In this document: piece by piece, positions 37,261 through 50,445 of the stretch
How the letters are laid out: every line of letters begins with the position of its first letter
Numbering within the stretch: the stretch's first letter is position 1
Assembly: GCA_905178155.1 (NCBI GenBank)
Contig: CAJINV010000012.1
Location: forward strand, 1,050,004 to 1,114,003
Origin: Amoebophrya sp. A120
Taxonomy: Eukaryota > Protista > Dinoflagellata
DNA: 64,000 nt
Reading direction: 5' to 3'
Made by a program: the position numbers and the translations under genes
Notes under the pieces: generated by a model
Database searches by the model: none
What the model was told of the DNA's origin: nothing
What the model saw: the letters and a program-made list of their open reading frames with translations, nothing else

Positions 37261-38914
37261 TTACTTCCGTACCAGTGCCAAGAGGCAGTGAAATATGCCC
37301 GTAAAATAGTAATACTTAGTTACCGAGCGATTTATTTTTTGCAGCGCCGCGTGCGCGTGCCTTGCTTTCCCACCTTCTTCTTGCACAGGAAATAGAACCA
37401 CGTGTGGTGCGCTGTTTGGTTGTTTCGTGAGCTCTGCTTTCGTGATTTTTTTTCCGATGATGTTCTTGTTGTTCCTTTCTTCACGACGTCTTTGCGTGGT
37501 GGTGTCGTGATACTGGTGGAAGTGAAGGCTCAACCAGTAGTACGCAGCGTCGTTGCGAAAAGCGGATTTTTTTTGTAGACGTAGAATGCAAGTTTCATTT
37601 ATCAGTGTGTTACTTATATAAAGAAATAAAGCGCTCCTCCTAGGCGTTGAATGACAATTGGTAGAAAGTAGCTGTCGCGGTGTCTTAGCTGTTGTGTCTT
37701 GTGCGTGTTTATTGCACTGGGCACTGTTAAGACTGCACAGGGAGAAACGGAAAGATGGCTACTGTTATTGAGACTGACCTTCAGATGGCAGCTCCAGCGA
37801 TGTGTAAAATTCAAATTTATCCCGATTTCGTTCTCCAAGACGAGCTGCACCGAGACATCATTCGGTGCTCGATATCGATTGAATTTGAAAGAGTACAAAA
37901 TACAGGAGAGCACGGACACTGGAGATTACGGACACGGGAGTAATAGAACCTCCAGAACCAGGGATCCTGGTGGTCACCGAACCACCAGTACAAGAGCATC
38001 CGATAATACAAGCAGGCACGACCGAGGAAGGCGCATACGCAACCACGTCTTCAAAAGACAATTCAACCGAGACAAAAGCTAGTCACGGCGCGCGAAACCG
38101 ATAATAGAATGTGTTCTTGTTGTAAGTCAGCCGATTCTGCATTCAAGCTTTGTTTGCGAGGTCAAACCAGTAGAGAAGACCGAGTGATCTTTTCTCCACC
38201 TATACGGCAAGTGCATCATTGAGTTCGCGTTATTTTTTGGTTCGTTTATTCTTGAAGCAAAATTATATCATGTTGAGTGTTTCTCTTTTTCTTTGCATTG
38301 TACGCACCTCAAAGAGCCGCACTTTTACTTTACTTATACTTGTTGGTGCGCAATTCAAGTAGAGAGTTCTTTTCGGCCAGATAGAAAAAACGAGTTGCGA
38401 GATTGCGTAAGTGATATACTGAACGGCATAATTCCTTACGTACTGATAGATAAGGTCGAACAAGATAAAAGACTTTGGCTTCAACTTCTACAAAGTCGAC
38501 TTCATCAATCGTGGGGAAAAAATGAACAGAATTGTAGTACTACAAACATTTATCTTTTGTAAGAGAGTGAAAAAGTGAATCAAAATCAATCGGGTGCTCG
38601 CTTCTTTTAGGCGGGCGAGTAGCTGTTTAAACGTACTACTACTTGAATCAAAATCAATAATGTGGTGAAATGCATGTAAACTGGGATAAAACTCTTTTGC
38701 AGAACTCCTCTGTTTCTCTGTACTGGAAAAACATCGGCAAAAAACAAAATTTTTCACAACCTACACGTTGAGACGACACTTCGCTTCACGTGTAAGAACA
38801 ACAACAAGCAGCGGAGACAGAAAGACACAAACCACTACCACCCGCAGCGAAACAGTATCAAAAAGAACCAGTTCGTTTTGTCCTGCTGTTCTTCCCGCCG
38901 TCACTGCATGTACC

Positions 38915-39580
38915 TCAGGCCATCATCACCGCGTCGGCTGGCGTTGGTCCCCTGGCAAGGGAGCCAAAACGAGTCCGTGCAGAAGGTTCTTCTTCAGGTC
39001 CGGTGTTCATCTTCACGCGGCGATCATCATGGCCAAGTCCCAGGTTCGTCGGCGCGTGGTCGTCAGGGTCAGCATCAGGTCCGGGTCCATTGTTCGTCGT
39101 CGCGTCATCACCACGACCAGATCCGCTTCCGTCGGGACGAAGAGGCTCATCTGGTTGACCAAAAGGTGTCCCGTCCGTTTGGAGGAAAGCGGAGGAAGTC
39201 GGAGGATCGAGGATTTTTTCATCCTCGTCCCGTAGTTCTTCTTCCTGTTCGGCGGGCACCACGCCTGGGTAATCTTCATCAAGGAACTTCGCAGGTTCGA
39301 CCGGAAGGAAGCCTTCTTGTTCGGCCAGTTCGGTGTTCATCGCCCGGTCTTGTTCATCCTCCGGACGAGCAGCTGCGGGCAGGGAGGAAGATGGACCACC
39401 GGCAAGAGTGTCCGCGGCAGGGGCGAAAGCGTCTTGGAGGAAGGAGTTGGCCAAGTCTGGACGACGGAGTTCTTGTCGCGAAGGAACTTGAAGACGTTTC
39501 GGATTGGGTAACTGCGCCGCCGGGGGCTGCCTTTTAGGTGGAAGTGCAGGTGCATGAGAATTCGGAGGCGTTACTGTCAC
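38915..39580 (-). CDS. Hypothetical acidic/Pro-rich ORF or exon
   Basis: 221-codon ORF with coding-like composition; no recognisable domain. Confidence 0.4.
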   Translation of the reverse strand: MTVTPPNSHAPALPPKRQPPAAQLPNPKRLQVPSRQELRRPDLANSFLQDAFAPAADTLAGGPSSSLPAAARPEDEQDRAMNTELAEQEGFLPVEPAKFLDEDYPGVVPAEQEEELRDEDEKILDPPTSSAFLQTDGTPFGQPDEPLRPDGSGSGRGDDATTNNGPGPDADPDDHAPTNLGLGHDDRRVKMNTGPEEEPSARTRFGSLARGPTPADAVMMA

Positions 39581-42022
39581 GGTGCTGCATCCTCAGAAAA
39601 AGACCCTTGCCACAAGGCCAAACAGTAACAAACGAAGCTAGCCCGGGTACCTAGCTTTGATTACCAGATCATTTTCAGTGCATTGGTGATTCGCACAGGT
39701 CTTTGGAGGTCAAGGGCTGCAAAAAAGCTACTTGCTCGAAAACGCTAAAAACGCGAAAAAATGGGTCACTGTGTCGACATGACCACCTGAATACGAAGAC
39801 CATGCTATGTGCATGTGATACTGGAGTTTTTCTTTTTCTTTTTTAAAAGCATAATACTATGAATCATGCTGCACACCCAACATACTATTTGCTCGAGGAG
39901 CTTCGCTCTTTGACCCAGGGTCAGAGTCGACGGAAGTTTTCCTCACGATACAGGTGGCGGCTCCGTGTCCCACAAGAGATGGAAAGAAATCTGGCGCTTT
40001 CGCTTGCGACCGTTGTGGTGTCCGCCAAACCTTTCGGCGCCAGGCCCCTCAGGGATCTGACTGTCGATGGCAGCGATGTACCCGGTGCCCACAACTACAG
40101 TCGCGCCCCCGCGACCTCCTTGAGGGCCAGTGGTAGCAGCAGGACGCGAAAGCCATGGCTTCGCCACGGCTTTGATCCTGAACATCGGAATGTCCTTTCG
40201 TCGCCGACAATGGGACACCGCCACGCGACACGCAACCCCAGACTTCATGAGGTCCATGACGATGCTGTGGTCCACATATGACCTGCAAAAATGTCGCACT
40301 CATGAACATTTCAGCAGCATTGAGTACGCGTTGGAGGGAAGAATGAGTCTCATGCTTTTAGTACAAACCTTCACGACTCTACGAGCGACACAACAGATTC
40401 ATTTTCCTGCACACACAAAGTGCCACGGATCTGAAAAATTTCGTTCCTGTATCTTCGACACATTGGTGCATAGTCCACTCAAACAAAAAAAAAGTTGGAT
40501 GGGTCTGATTCGGCCACTACATCACAGACATCAATCATCATGCAACTGCAACACATTTGCGCTTGATATGATTTCAGCAACTGCCATGCCGGTAGGACGA
40601 TCAGCTCTTGTGGTGCCGGCGTGAGACGTAGTGAAGTCTCGAATTTGTAGCGTCTTCTTGTCCTCTTCTTCCTGCGGTTCGTCGTCGCCAAGAATGCTTC
40701 TGCTCTCGTAAAAATACAAGAAATTGCCACCGAGCCAGTCTGGATGCGGGGCCTCGCCCGTGAGCAGTGACGGTGTGTCTGACGATCCGTCCATCTTGGC
40801 AGTCACTGTCAGAGCGCCATTCGTAAAGATTCGATTTGAGACCATCTGCTTCTTCTCGTTTGGTGATAGTGGGCGCAAAAAGTTTCCGCCGTCCCCATTG
40901 TCGTTCCGCCAATGGTTCTGCACGTGGTTAGAAGTGTATGCGCCTTTCTTTCCGTCAAGGGTTTCCACGTCCGGCAGATGTACCAGAATTGGGTCCTGTC
41001 CTTCTTCAAGAACCTGTGGTGCAAGTTGGCATTGCGTTGTAAGTCTTTCTCAAGCTACTTTCCTATTCAAACCTCATGGATGAACTGTTTTTTTTTTGAC
41101 TTTGAGGTGTTACCAGGAAGGACAGGAATTAGGTGGTGATTGGCGGAGCCTCTTACCTCAACCCTCGATAGACAGGCGTGGGTTTACATCTTTTCACGAC
41201 CTGGCACACGACTAGGAGGAGGCAGTGTGGACGCCTATCTGCCCAGAAAGGTAGACTCGAAACTGAAGCCACGCACTCGCAACTCCAACCTCGGTCGTAA
41301 AATAGTGTGTTTGCGTTTCGCGTCGGATAGAACCATTTTTCAGCAGACAACAGAACTGAGAGACTTGGGGACCCTTGGTAAAACTAAAAGAGGTTGGAGA
41401 TCGTTGTGTATTTCGAAAAAACTAGAAAACTTTTTTTACTATAAAACTTGGGAATCGCTGTACTGGATTAAAACTTGGAGCTTAGTTTAGTAGTAAAGTT
41501 CCAGACTTTTGCAGATATTTTCCTTAAAATCTTAACCATCATTCGCACGGAATGTCCGCCATAGCATGGGGACAAGGCGCGCTGTTTGGACTAACAAAGA
41601 TACAGAAAAACGAAGCACAGCATCGGCGTTTGGTGTGCTGTTTTTGAGTAAAAGTTCTGTCGTCGAAAAATAGAGTCGCAAACCCGCCGACCTGAGTACG
41701 CGTCTTTTACATCGCCGCCCATACAAAAACGTCGGAACTTCCGATTTAGCTCGGCGGAACTAGGACAGCAAATAGAACTCTCTCAAAAGCTTGAAGCACG
41801 TAAATACTGCAAAGAGAGCACGGTCGGTCGCTCGGACTGGCTCACTGCACAGTGCCGTCCTTCGAGACCGACGTTATAACGTGTCGGTCGAGATGGAAAC
41901 GGAAAAAGTAAAAAAAAGAAAGACAAGCTGGAACGCGCTTGGCTTTTATATAGAAGAGAGTTTTTTTTTTTTTGTGTTTTTTGTATACAGTACGACCGGA
42001 GCTAATCTAGACTACATCGCTT

Positions 42023-42691
42023 TCAGACCACATTCACTACGCCTTCTTTCTTCTTTCTCGGTTTCCGTCGTGATTTCGTAGCTGCGATAAACGGGGCCGG
42101 GTCAACTAGGATCTGCGTCTTGAGGGCTATCGCTGCTTCGAGGGCCAGCGTAGCACTATCGCCATAGGCGGCAGGGTCGATGGTGCGCGACACGGTGTGC
42201 TTCGAGCCGTCTGGCAATCTCGCATTCGTAACCTTGACTTGTAGCACTCCACCCCATCGTCGATCTGCGGCTCCAGGTATCTTCGTGTTCCACGTTATGC
42301 CGGTCGGCGGGCGGAGAAACGCGTCGCCATCTGGCTCTAAGAACTGTTTCTGTAACAACTCACCGACGTCAAGCACCCGATCGCTGTCGTTGTCAGTAGC
42401 AGGGGCCTGCGACGGGATGAGCTTCTTCGACCTCTCTGGTGCGGCGTCGGGGTCGAGGCGGTGCACGGGCTTAGTGCTCGACGTCTTCTCCTTGGTCTTG
42501 ACGGGCGGTGGGGGAATGAGGGCTGCAAACTCAGCTTCTGCGCTCTTCTGGACCCGATAACGCAAATGACGGAAGGCGGTCTGGAGGGAAGCAAACGATC
42601 TCTGTGCAGCAGGAGGAGTAGTAATCTTAAGCGTGGCCGGGTCGTCGCACTCACTAGCTTCATCCTCGTTGGTGCTAGAGTTCTCGAGCAA
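42023..42691 (-). CDS. Terminal exon/ORF with a putative AP2-like DNA-binding domain and basic NLS-like tail
   Basis: PTGITWNTK...W...LQVKV...KHTVSRTIDPAAYGDSATLALEAAIALKTQI resembles the ApiAP2 pattern (G-V-x-W, three strands, YG, A-x-x-x-A-I); tail KSRRKPRKKKE. Confidence 0.45.
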   Translation of the reverse strand: MLENSSTNEDEASECDDPATLKITTPPAAQRSFASLQTAFRHLRYRVQKSAEAEFAALIPPPPVKTKEKTSSTKPVHRLDPDAAPERSKKLIPSQAPATDNDSDRVLDVGELLQKQFLEPDGDAFLRPPTGITWNTKIPGAADRRWGGVLQVKVTNARLPDGSKHTVSRTIDPAAYGDSATLALEAAIALKTQILVDPAPFIAATKSRRKPRKKKEGVVNVV

Positions 42692-45600
42692 CTGTTTCGT
42701 ATTCCTTACACTGAACTTATACCTGATGCTCTCAAACCACCGAGCGTCCTGCTGGGCAGGTCCAAGTTCCTGAAAATAAAGCCTTGTGCTGCATCTGCAT
42801 GTAAAGAAGAGAGCTGAGCAAGACTATATACAAATACCGTCCAAAAGTCGATTCCGGCACTGACACCTTGCCAACAGCCATGCAGTGACCACAGCGGTTT
42901 GCTCATAATTCTACAACACGTTGCTGGTTCATTCTGTGCCATGATGTAAGTATGAATCTTTGAAAATTATGAAACAGTGGTCGTGCTTTGCTGTAACCCT
43001 AACTTAGTCGTATGCCGCTGGAAAATAACTCAAATATATATAAATATTTTATAGGATTGAGTAGAACTCATACCAGGTTGACTTCCATTTTTGGCATCTT
43101 TTCCGCCACGTAACTGGAAACTAATTGATCGAATTCCCGCTTGTTCTGTTCGTCATCGTCCCCGACCCGAAGGAAGGCCAGTTGACGTTGAAGCTCCACT
43201 CGCTCTTCCACACTCCCCCGAGACTTTTTTCCATCGCGATCGATCGCCACCTCCTTGTTCCACAGCTCCACGGCTCTTTCGACGTCGGCCTGCAGCTCCG
43301 TTTTCTCCTGGTCTTGCATCTATACATGGGCACTAAGTAAAGATCGTGTACATAGACGACATGGCACTAAGGTCACACCTGTCCTAGTAGCTGGTGGTGA
43401 CGAGTCGTGAAGAGACAATGTATATAGAAAAACTACTACTCGTTTTGGTTGGAAACCTAGTTTTGCGCTTGTTTTCTAGTACGAAGTACACGATAATTTA
43501 TTTTCTGCACATGATAGCATCTCTCCTTCGGGGAATTCAAACCCGTTGTTTTCCCGCTCCCGTCTTGCCATTTCTTCATTCAGCAACTGTTCCTTTTCCT
43601 TATCTGGATAGGGCCAGTGAATCGCGGATCTGACGGCAGCGCGTTCGGCGGGCGGCAGCGCGCCGTACAATTCCGCATATCAAACACGAAACTTGTATGC
43701 TAAGCCTTGGCGTTTGGGTTTGCGGGACCCTTTAATTATCGTAATTCTCTCATTAATTTAGTAGTGATTTGAGTACAAGGGTGCTCGGAAAAACGAAAAC
43801 TCAAATCGCCCATAAAAAAAGAGGACTCAAGGGCGTTCTGCAAGTTTATCGTTTTTCCAGGCCCAGGCCAAGCCCCAGACGACATACTTATTTGCACTAC
43901 ATAGCTTCCCGATGTCTTGTTGAGAGGTCGTGGCTTGGACTTGGGGTCGCGGTCGCGCGCTCGTTTGCATTGATACCCTGGGAAAGTTTTTTTGCTCCCC
44001 GAACCCGATCCGAGATACTCAAGCGCATGCGACCAGTGTAGTTGAAGATTGCGATCAGGCACTACTCCTACTTCAATTTTTTCAATTTGATTCGCGATAC
44101 AAGAAACTGATAAATTCCGTTTCGGCCAGCTGTTGATGGCCCACAACAAACGAGAGTACCCACCATCCAGCGCTGTATGAATTCAAAAGTTTTTGCAGGA
44201 GTGCAGGCTAGTACTTACCGCCCAGAATATGGCTCATCTACAGCAGAGTATGAAAATGAGACCTCAATGATAAATTCAGATTTGTTTTCAAATAGACATC
44301 GGCAGCACAGTCGCGCACGATGTGATCAAATGACTTTTACAGCATTGCCACATCCACTTGATTTGTACACCTCGCTTCTTGTTCAACAGACACCAAAAGG
44401 AAGCCCCTCGAGACATAAATAAAGAACTTAGCTCGGGTAGGGGAACATGGTCTACGCATTTTATCTGATACAGTGGGAGAACCTCCTCCTCCACCTCCCA
44501 TGTTCCACACCGCCCCCGAAACTGGCTGCAGCGCTGCATTTGGGGGAGGGTGCACAAAGAGCGCCGTGCCCTTCGCCTGCTTGTCCGACTCCATCATTGC
44601 CACTGCGGGTTGTTCATCATTAACCTCGCTCGCCCCCGCTTCACCAGTTTCTGCCACCCCATGCAAAAATTCCTGCTCAGCCACAGGTTCCGAAGAGGAC
44701 AGCGTATCCTCTGAACTCTCCTCGACACCAGCAACCTCGCCATCGTGCTGCCCGCCAGAACCCCCCGCATTAGCGCCGCCAACGGTGACCAGCGCCGCCC
44801 CCGTGAAAAAAAAAAGCGCGCCGGCGGGTCGTGGACATGTTTGGTGTGAAGATACTGAATGTGAAGTACTTAGAAATGGTTTTTACAGCGTGCTTGCGAG
44901 TTGTCAGAAATATTGGCGCTTGAAATACTTAAAAAGTGTTCGTACGTGTTCGCGTGGGTGCGATTCGTACTAATTGAAGTGCGTGGTCTTAATAGCTTTT
45001 GTGTCTCGAGCGTTTCTGCCCTGGGCACTGTTACTCAAGACTGAGAAAGAAAAGCACTACAGCAGCTGGAGGCGTGTTCACTAGTACTCGCAAGGCTGCC
45101 ATGACGAACGCTCTCCATCGGTTTGGCAACAGACGGTATAAGCGACCGCGCAAACAGCCTGAAACAAAGCACTCTCTCGTAGTAGTACAGAATATACCGA
45201 TAGGCCTGACGCGCGACTCTACCAGAAGAGGATCGCGGAAGAGAAACCGAATGAATGACGCATTTTTTCAACTGCAAGCAAAACCGAGACTGCAAGACAC
45301 ACCTCTACAAGCCAGTGAAAAAGTGGACGATGCTAAAGCAGATGCAGATTCGCGACCGAAGGTAAACATCATAGAAGTCGCGAAACATCACCGACAGGAA
45401 TCGGAACGCAAAAGATCGACGCTTCGCGAACTTCCGAACCACGAAAGGTGAACGTCACCTTCTTGTTGTTCCACCGAAGTTAATAAATACCAGTATAGAA
45501 GTCATCAGCACGAAGTACCGATTGTGGAAACTCAATCGTACTAGCTTCAAGTAAAGCCAAGGAATATAACCGAATTCCACTCTACTTGCTCGTCGTCCAG

Positions 45601-47090
45601 AACATTCTATTGCTATAGTTTCAGCCTTAGGTGGAGAAGAATGGACCATACAAAGTTCTTTTTTTCTTCAGCACGTAGATAAAAAACGAGGTTCGTTGTA
45701 GTAGGAAGTCGTTGTTGAGAGTCGCATTGTCCTTGTCACACTTGCAATCTCGCTCGGCCATGATACTGCATGCATCTTCCATCATGAGATTCAATCAGAA
45801 TGCAAAACAGCACGAAGCCGCGAACGAGCTCTACTGTTTATCTCAGACCTAGACGGTAGATTCATTCTTGGGAAAATCACTTCTTCTTTAAAAAAGCTCG
45901 TCGCACTGGGAAAATAAAGGGGAATGGGGTGCACACTTTCTCATCATACAGATGACGCGGTTCTCGTTCCTGCGTCCGTTGATTGTCAGCATACTTTGAG
46001 GGGGAAAAGATTGCTCCACCTCATCGATCACGATGACGAGCTAAACACAGGGGAAAATCAAAACAAGTATGAGTTAACAGTTCAACACAGCCCTAGTGCA
46101 GAATTCAAGCTTGATTCGCAAAAGACAAGGAAAAAATTAGCTAAAGGGTCAAAACAAAATCATGCAAAACAGATTTAACGATCTAGAAAATGTCAGTACT
46201 TGGTTCCACGCTAGAAACTGGTTCCACGCTAGAAACTGTCAGTACTTGCGATGAAAGTAGAGTGCTTCGAAGTTTGAAGAAGATTCGAGGCATCTTTCTT
46301 CAGTGAGCAGGTACTTGTCAAGGATGACATAATCTTTCCAGTACGACAGCGAAGTTGCCATGTGCGTCAGCGCCACAGCAGCAACTAGTGTGACGTTAAT
46401 ATCATACAACAAGTGGGCGATCCTTCTTTTTTGTACTTAAATGCAGCACATCTTGTTCGAAGCGCTAGTTGTACAGAAGGAGAAGCATTGATAATTACAC
46501 AGCTCTGCGATGGTAGTGTAGCCAAAAGCAAAACTTCTATCTCGTGATAAGTACTAGGATCATTCAAAGGAGTTCTAGTTTGTAATTCCAAAGCAAGCGA
46601 ATCGAAACAGCTCGGCGATGGTAGTGTACGAGAACAAATTAATTATGACTCGATTCGTCCTCCAGTTGTGGAGACCGGGGACCTGCTGCTAACGTGTTCA
46701 TCCCACCTCCGATTAATAATGCACAACTCCGATTAGACAACCTACTAGTAGTTCGCACTATCGAACGGCAAGACGACGTAGACATCCAACTCCTTCTCCT
46801 GCGGACCGGTTGGTCCTGGCGGAGGTCTCTTGACGTCGTTATCCTGGTCCGAATTTTCCGCTTCCGCTGAAAAGATACCCAACCTCTCCTCCTCGTCCGA
46901 CCAAATTTTATGGAAACCAAATCTCGTCGCGCTACAACTGAGTCACTGTTCTCGTGTTGCGCCGGTTTCGCGAATGCATTTTTGGACAACAGGAGTCACG
47001 CATGACTGTCCTAGTACTTAGATGAAGCATGCGAAAAAAAAAGACATAATTTTGTACTTACTTGACTCAGCAGCAGCAACAATTTCATTT

Positions 47091-50000
47091 TCAGCTCCCA
47101 TAAGTTTCCTTGCTGTTGTTTTCCGTACCCCAGTTCTCGCCTTCCCCCACCGCCGTAGTATCCAAGCAAAAAAGAATGTAGGTGTAACTCTTTTTTGGAG
47201 GAACAGCATTACAAATCTTTCTGGCATGTTGAGACCAAAAACCTGTCATGCGCAGACAACACTTCAAAACGCGCTTGAATGGACCCTGCAGCATAAGCAT
47301 GGCATGTCCAGCATGACAGACGCAATCATCTTGCGTGTTGCGCATCACAAAGTTACACAAAACAATGTTTTTTTCTTCGATAAGTAGTTCTCGGGGAATA
47401 CTGGACCAAATCGGAGAAAGCCGTGTCGCTGTCCACGAAACATCCAGTGTTACTATCGACCGTCGCGTATCAATTGCAAAAATCAAAATGTAAGGGTCTG
47501 GAAAATTGCCAGATTTGTCTTTGTCATGCATATTTTGCATACCCCATGACGCCTGTAATGCATGACATAGCATCACAGATTTTTAAAGCGCCCTCTGATG
47601 CGTATTCCGCATGAGAAACGCCCACTCCGCGTAGCACAAACTGCACTCCTCTTGCTGGTCATACAAGAATACAGATTTGCTTTACCTTCCAAAGGCAGCA
47701 TCACAAGTTGCAACCTTCCAGACCCAGACACTTTTGCATTTGATATCGCGAATTCCAGGAGATGCAGATTCGACCGCAGGTGCTCGTACTTTTCGTATCA
47801 AATGTAAAAATGTCTGGGTCTGGAAGGGTTGGAGCTTGTGATGCAAACTCTGGAACACACAAAAATTTGTGTTGCGTGAGCGCCAAAAGCTGTCCATTTC
47901 TTGGCACGCAAGTAGGAAGTTTCTCATGCGGGACAGGCATCATGACGCGTGCTCAAAACCTGTGATGCTTTTGCCTGCATCAGACGCCATTTGCGTGATC
48001 TGAAATATGCATGACAAATCTCGGAATCTTCCAGACCCAGACATTTTTACAGTTGATATTTCGAAGCTATTCCGGATTTGCTCGGGATCCGGGATGGGGT
48101 TTGTAATTGTCGAGTTTTTGTTTTTCGTCATGCTCGTCGTGCCGTTTTCACCACTGCGATTCTTTTCATTATCGTTCTTCCACTTGTTCCGCATGAGGTG
48201 AAAATAATTGTCGTCAAACAAATTCTTATTGCACAGAATCTGCTCGCGAATGTCGTCTGCGAAACAGAAGCGCACGAACTCTTCCAGCGGCAAGTTCGGG
48301 AGTTTCGCGAAGGGAAAGGTGGACAGCTGGTGCAAAATCATCACAAACAGGTTCTTATCCGCGACATTCACGAAGTTCAAGTGGAGGTATTTGAAGGGGC
48401 GGGGAATGCCGAAACGCAGCCACAGATTGTTGGACGATAAATTGTTCTTGGAGGGTCTGTTGTTCAAATTGTTCCTGGCAACAGGACTGCTCTCATGTTG
48501 ATCCTCAACGTTGTCAAGTTCATCATCCTCGGGAAAAATCCCCCTCCCCGGGAAGTTCGCGACTGGGGAGACGAAGATGCAGGCACCGTTCACTTCTAAC
48601 AGCAGGTGCGTGTTGAAGCGAGGTTCTTGCTCTTTTTGCTGTTCTTGGTGTAGTTGTTCTTGGGTCGTATTAGTTTCATCTGTTCTTCTTGCGGTTATTA
48701 TCTGATCCTGATGAAGAAGATGCTGCGGCTCCTGCACGACCCGTCGATCCTCATGCGGTCCTCCGGGTGCAGCTTGCTGCTGCCCTCGCTGCTGTGCAAG
48801 TCTGTCACGCACTCCTCCATGATCTTCTCCGTTTTCATTCCTCGTCCTTGTCCCCGCCTGACTCTGTCGGAGAATCAGCGAAACATAGTCGTACATCCGA
48901 TCGTATGCATCGCAAATGTGTCTGGGTCTGGGAGGATGCAAGGTTTGTCATGCTTGTCAGGCATGACGGAAGAGTTTGTCATGCGTGTCCAAGAAGAGAC
49001 CCTCTTGCTTGTCCCGCAAAACGCAGCTTGTCATGCGGAAAGCGCAACGGTAAGCCGCGCAAATATTTCTCATGCTTCGCTGTGCATTACAGAGAATTCA
49101 CTGTTCACAGCTCAGCATTACAAGTTTCCAGACCCAGACATATTTGCATGTGATAGATCACCCCCGTGGTTAAACGGGCGACTGAGGAGTAAATTCTTTT
49201 CCTCGAAGCACTTTCGTGCCTGAAACACCTTCGCGTTAAACAGCATCCGCTCCCCGGTTTGTCTATCCTGTGCAAAAGTATCGCATTCGCACTCGTAGTA
49301 ATTGCGGACATGCATTACAAATTTTTTTCTCAAGAAAAATCTGCATGAGAAATTTTATTTCTCATGCTGGGGAAATTTGTAATGCATTTATATATACGAG
49401 TGCGATACTTTTGCAATGCATATCGTCGCGGCTCCGCCAACGTCTCCATCGCGGATTGGACGAGAGGTTCGTGCGGCTGGCACGCCTGGGAAAGTTCTTC
49501 CTCGAACAGTTTCCGGACGTCAGAAACTCGTTGGTACTTCTTCATCGCGGGCACTGCAGCTTCGGGGTTGGGCGGGGACGGGGTCGTGGAAGAGGTCGAT
49601 AAAGTTTTAGTACTCGCATCTAGATCTTTTACTACACCCGTGGTATTTGATATTTCACTTCCCTGCTGCTGGTCTTGTTTTATGTCCACGGTAGTTTGAT
49701 CCACCATCTCCACATCATTCGAAGCGGCGGCTCTGGTTGTTTCTTGGCCCCCGCTGCTAGAGGAAGGATTTGCGCTAGTTGCGGCAGTCGCTCCTGACGC
49801 TGTCCTGTGGCTTTCTTGTCCGAACGACGTTCCACCACCGTGATTCCTCGACGTGGTTCGTCCGCTTTCGACGTCCAAGAGGTGCAACATGTCCATTTCC
49901 TCGTCGTCGTCAATTTTCAGCCAGAAATCCGGTGACTTCTGCTTCGATGCGAACCGCTCGTCTTCGTGGAGATGGTTGTGATGATGATCCTCGTCCTCCT

Positions 50001-50445
50001 GCATGCTGGTCCCACAATTCGTCCCACCTTCATCGTGCTCAACCGTACTAGTAGTCCTCCGGAGGTTACAATTCATCGGCGTTCGGAGGTGCATCATCGA
50101 CAATTCTCCGCCTGTAGTTGTGCCGCTGTTGAACAGACCGTCGGAAAACGTAAACGTCATATTTTTACCCCTGGTGTTATCAACATCGTGGTAAGAATTG
50201 TTCTTGCAAACCGCCGTTGCACGACCAGCTGACGGTCTACTTCTTCCCACGTCCAGTCGGAAATCGTCTTGCTGGAGGAGCTCGTCCCGGTGGTCCACAA
50301 CCTGTTGATGCACCAGAACTCCCCCTTGCTTGATATTTTCCTTGCTCACGACGGTGGCAGTGCCGGTACTAGTATCCCTTGGGGAGCTGCAGGCGGAGGT
50401 TCGAGGGGACCACATGCGGGCGGAGGCAAGTTCCTCGTCGCCCAT
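47091..50445 (-). CDS. Hypothetical protein, multi-exon (5 introners)
   Basis: Long ORF blocks 49330-50598 and 47940-48941. Small 3' exons join in frame (NSFE-KYEHL...EFA-TVDS...PRTT-AVGE...YGS-stop). Start codon uncertain. Confidence 0.7.
47159..47382. mobile_element. Introner family D (D2, diverged)
   Basis: TATCCAAGCAAAAAA...TTTTTTTCTTCGATA; DR CGTAG/AGTAG. Confidence 0.82.
47468..47745. mobile_element. Introner family A
   Basis: Family A TIRs; DR TCGCG/TCGCG. Confidence 0.9.
47796..48058. mobile_element. Introner family A
   Basis: Family A TIRs; DR TTTCG/TTTCG. Confidence 0.92.
48904..49155. mobile_element. Introner family A
   Basis: Family A TIRs; DR GATCG/GATCA. Confidence 0.9.
49264..49422. 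mobile_element. Introner family B
   Basis: Family B TIRs; DR TTGTC/TCGTC. Confidence 0.9.

Noticed and set aside
46194-46247. Exact 18-bp tandem repeat TGGTTCCACGCTAGAAAC flanked by TCAGTACTTG
   Set aside because: Consistent with simple slippage or a repair footprint; too short to interpret.
31000-47000. Possible autonomous transposase for the introners
   Set aside because: No DDE, tyrosine recombinase or other transposase ORF recognised, and no TAT...ATA TIR pair bounds the region.
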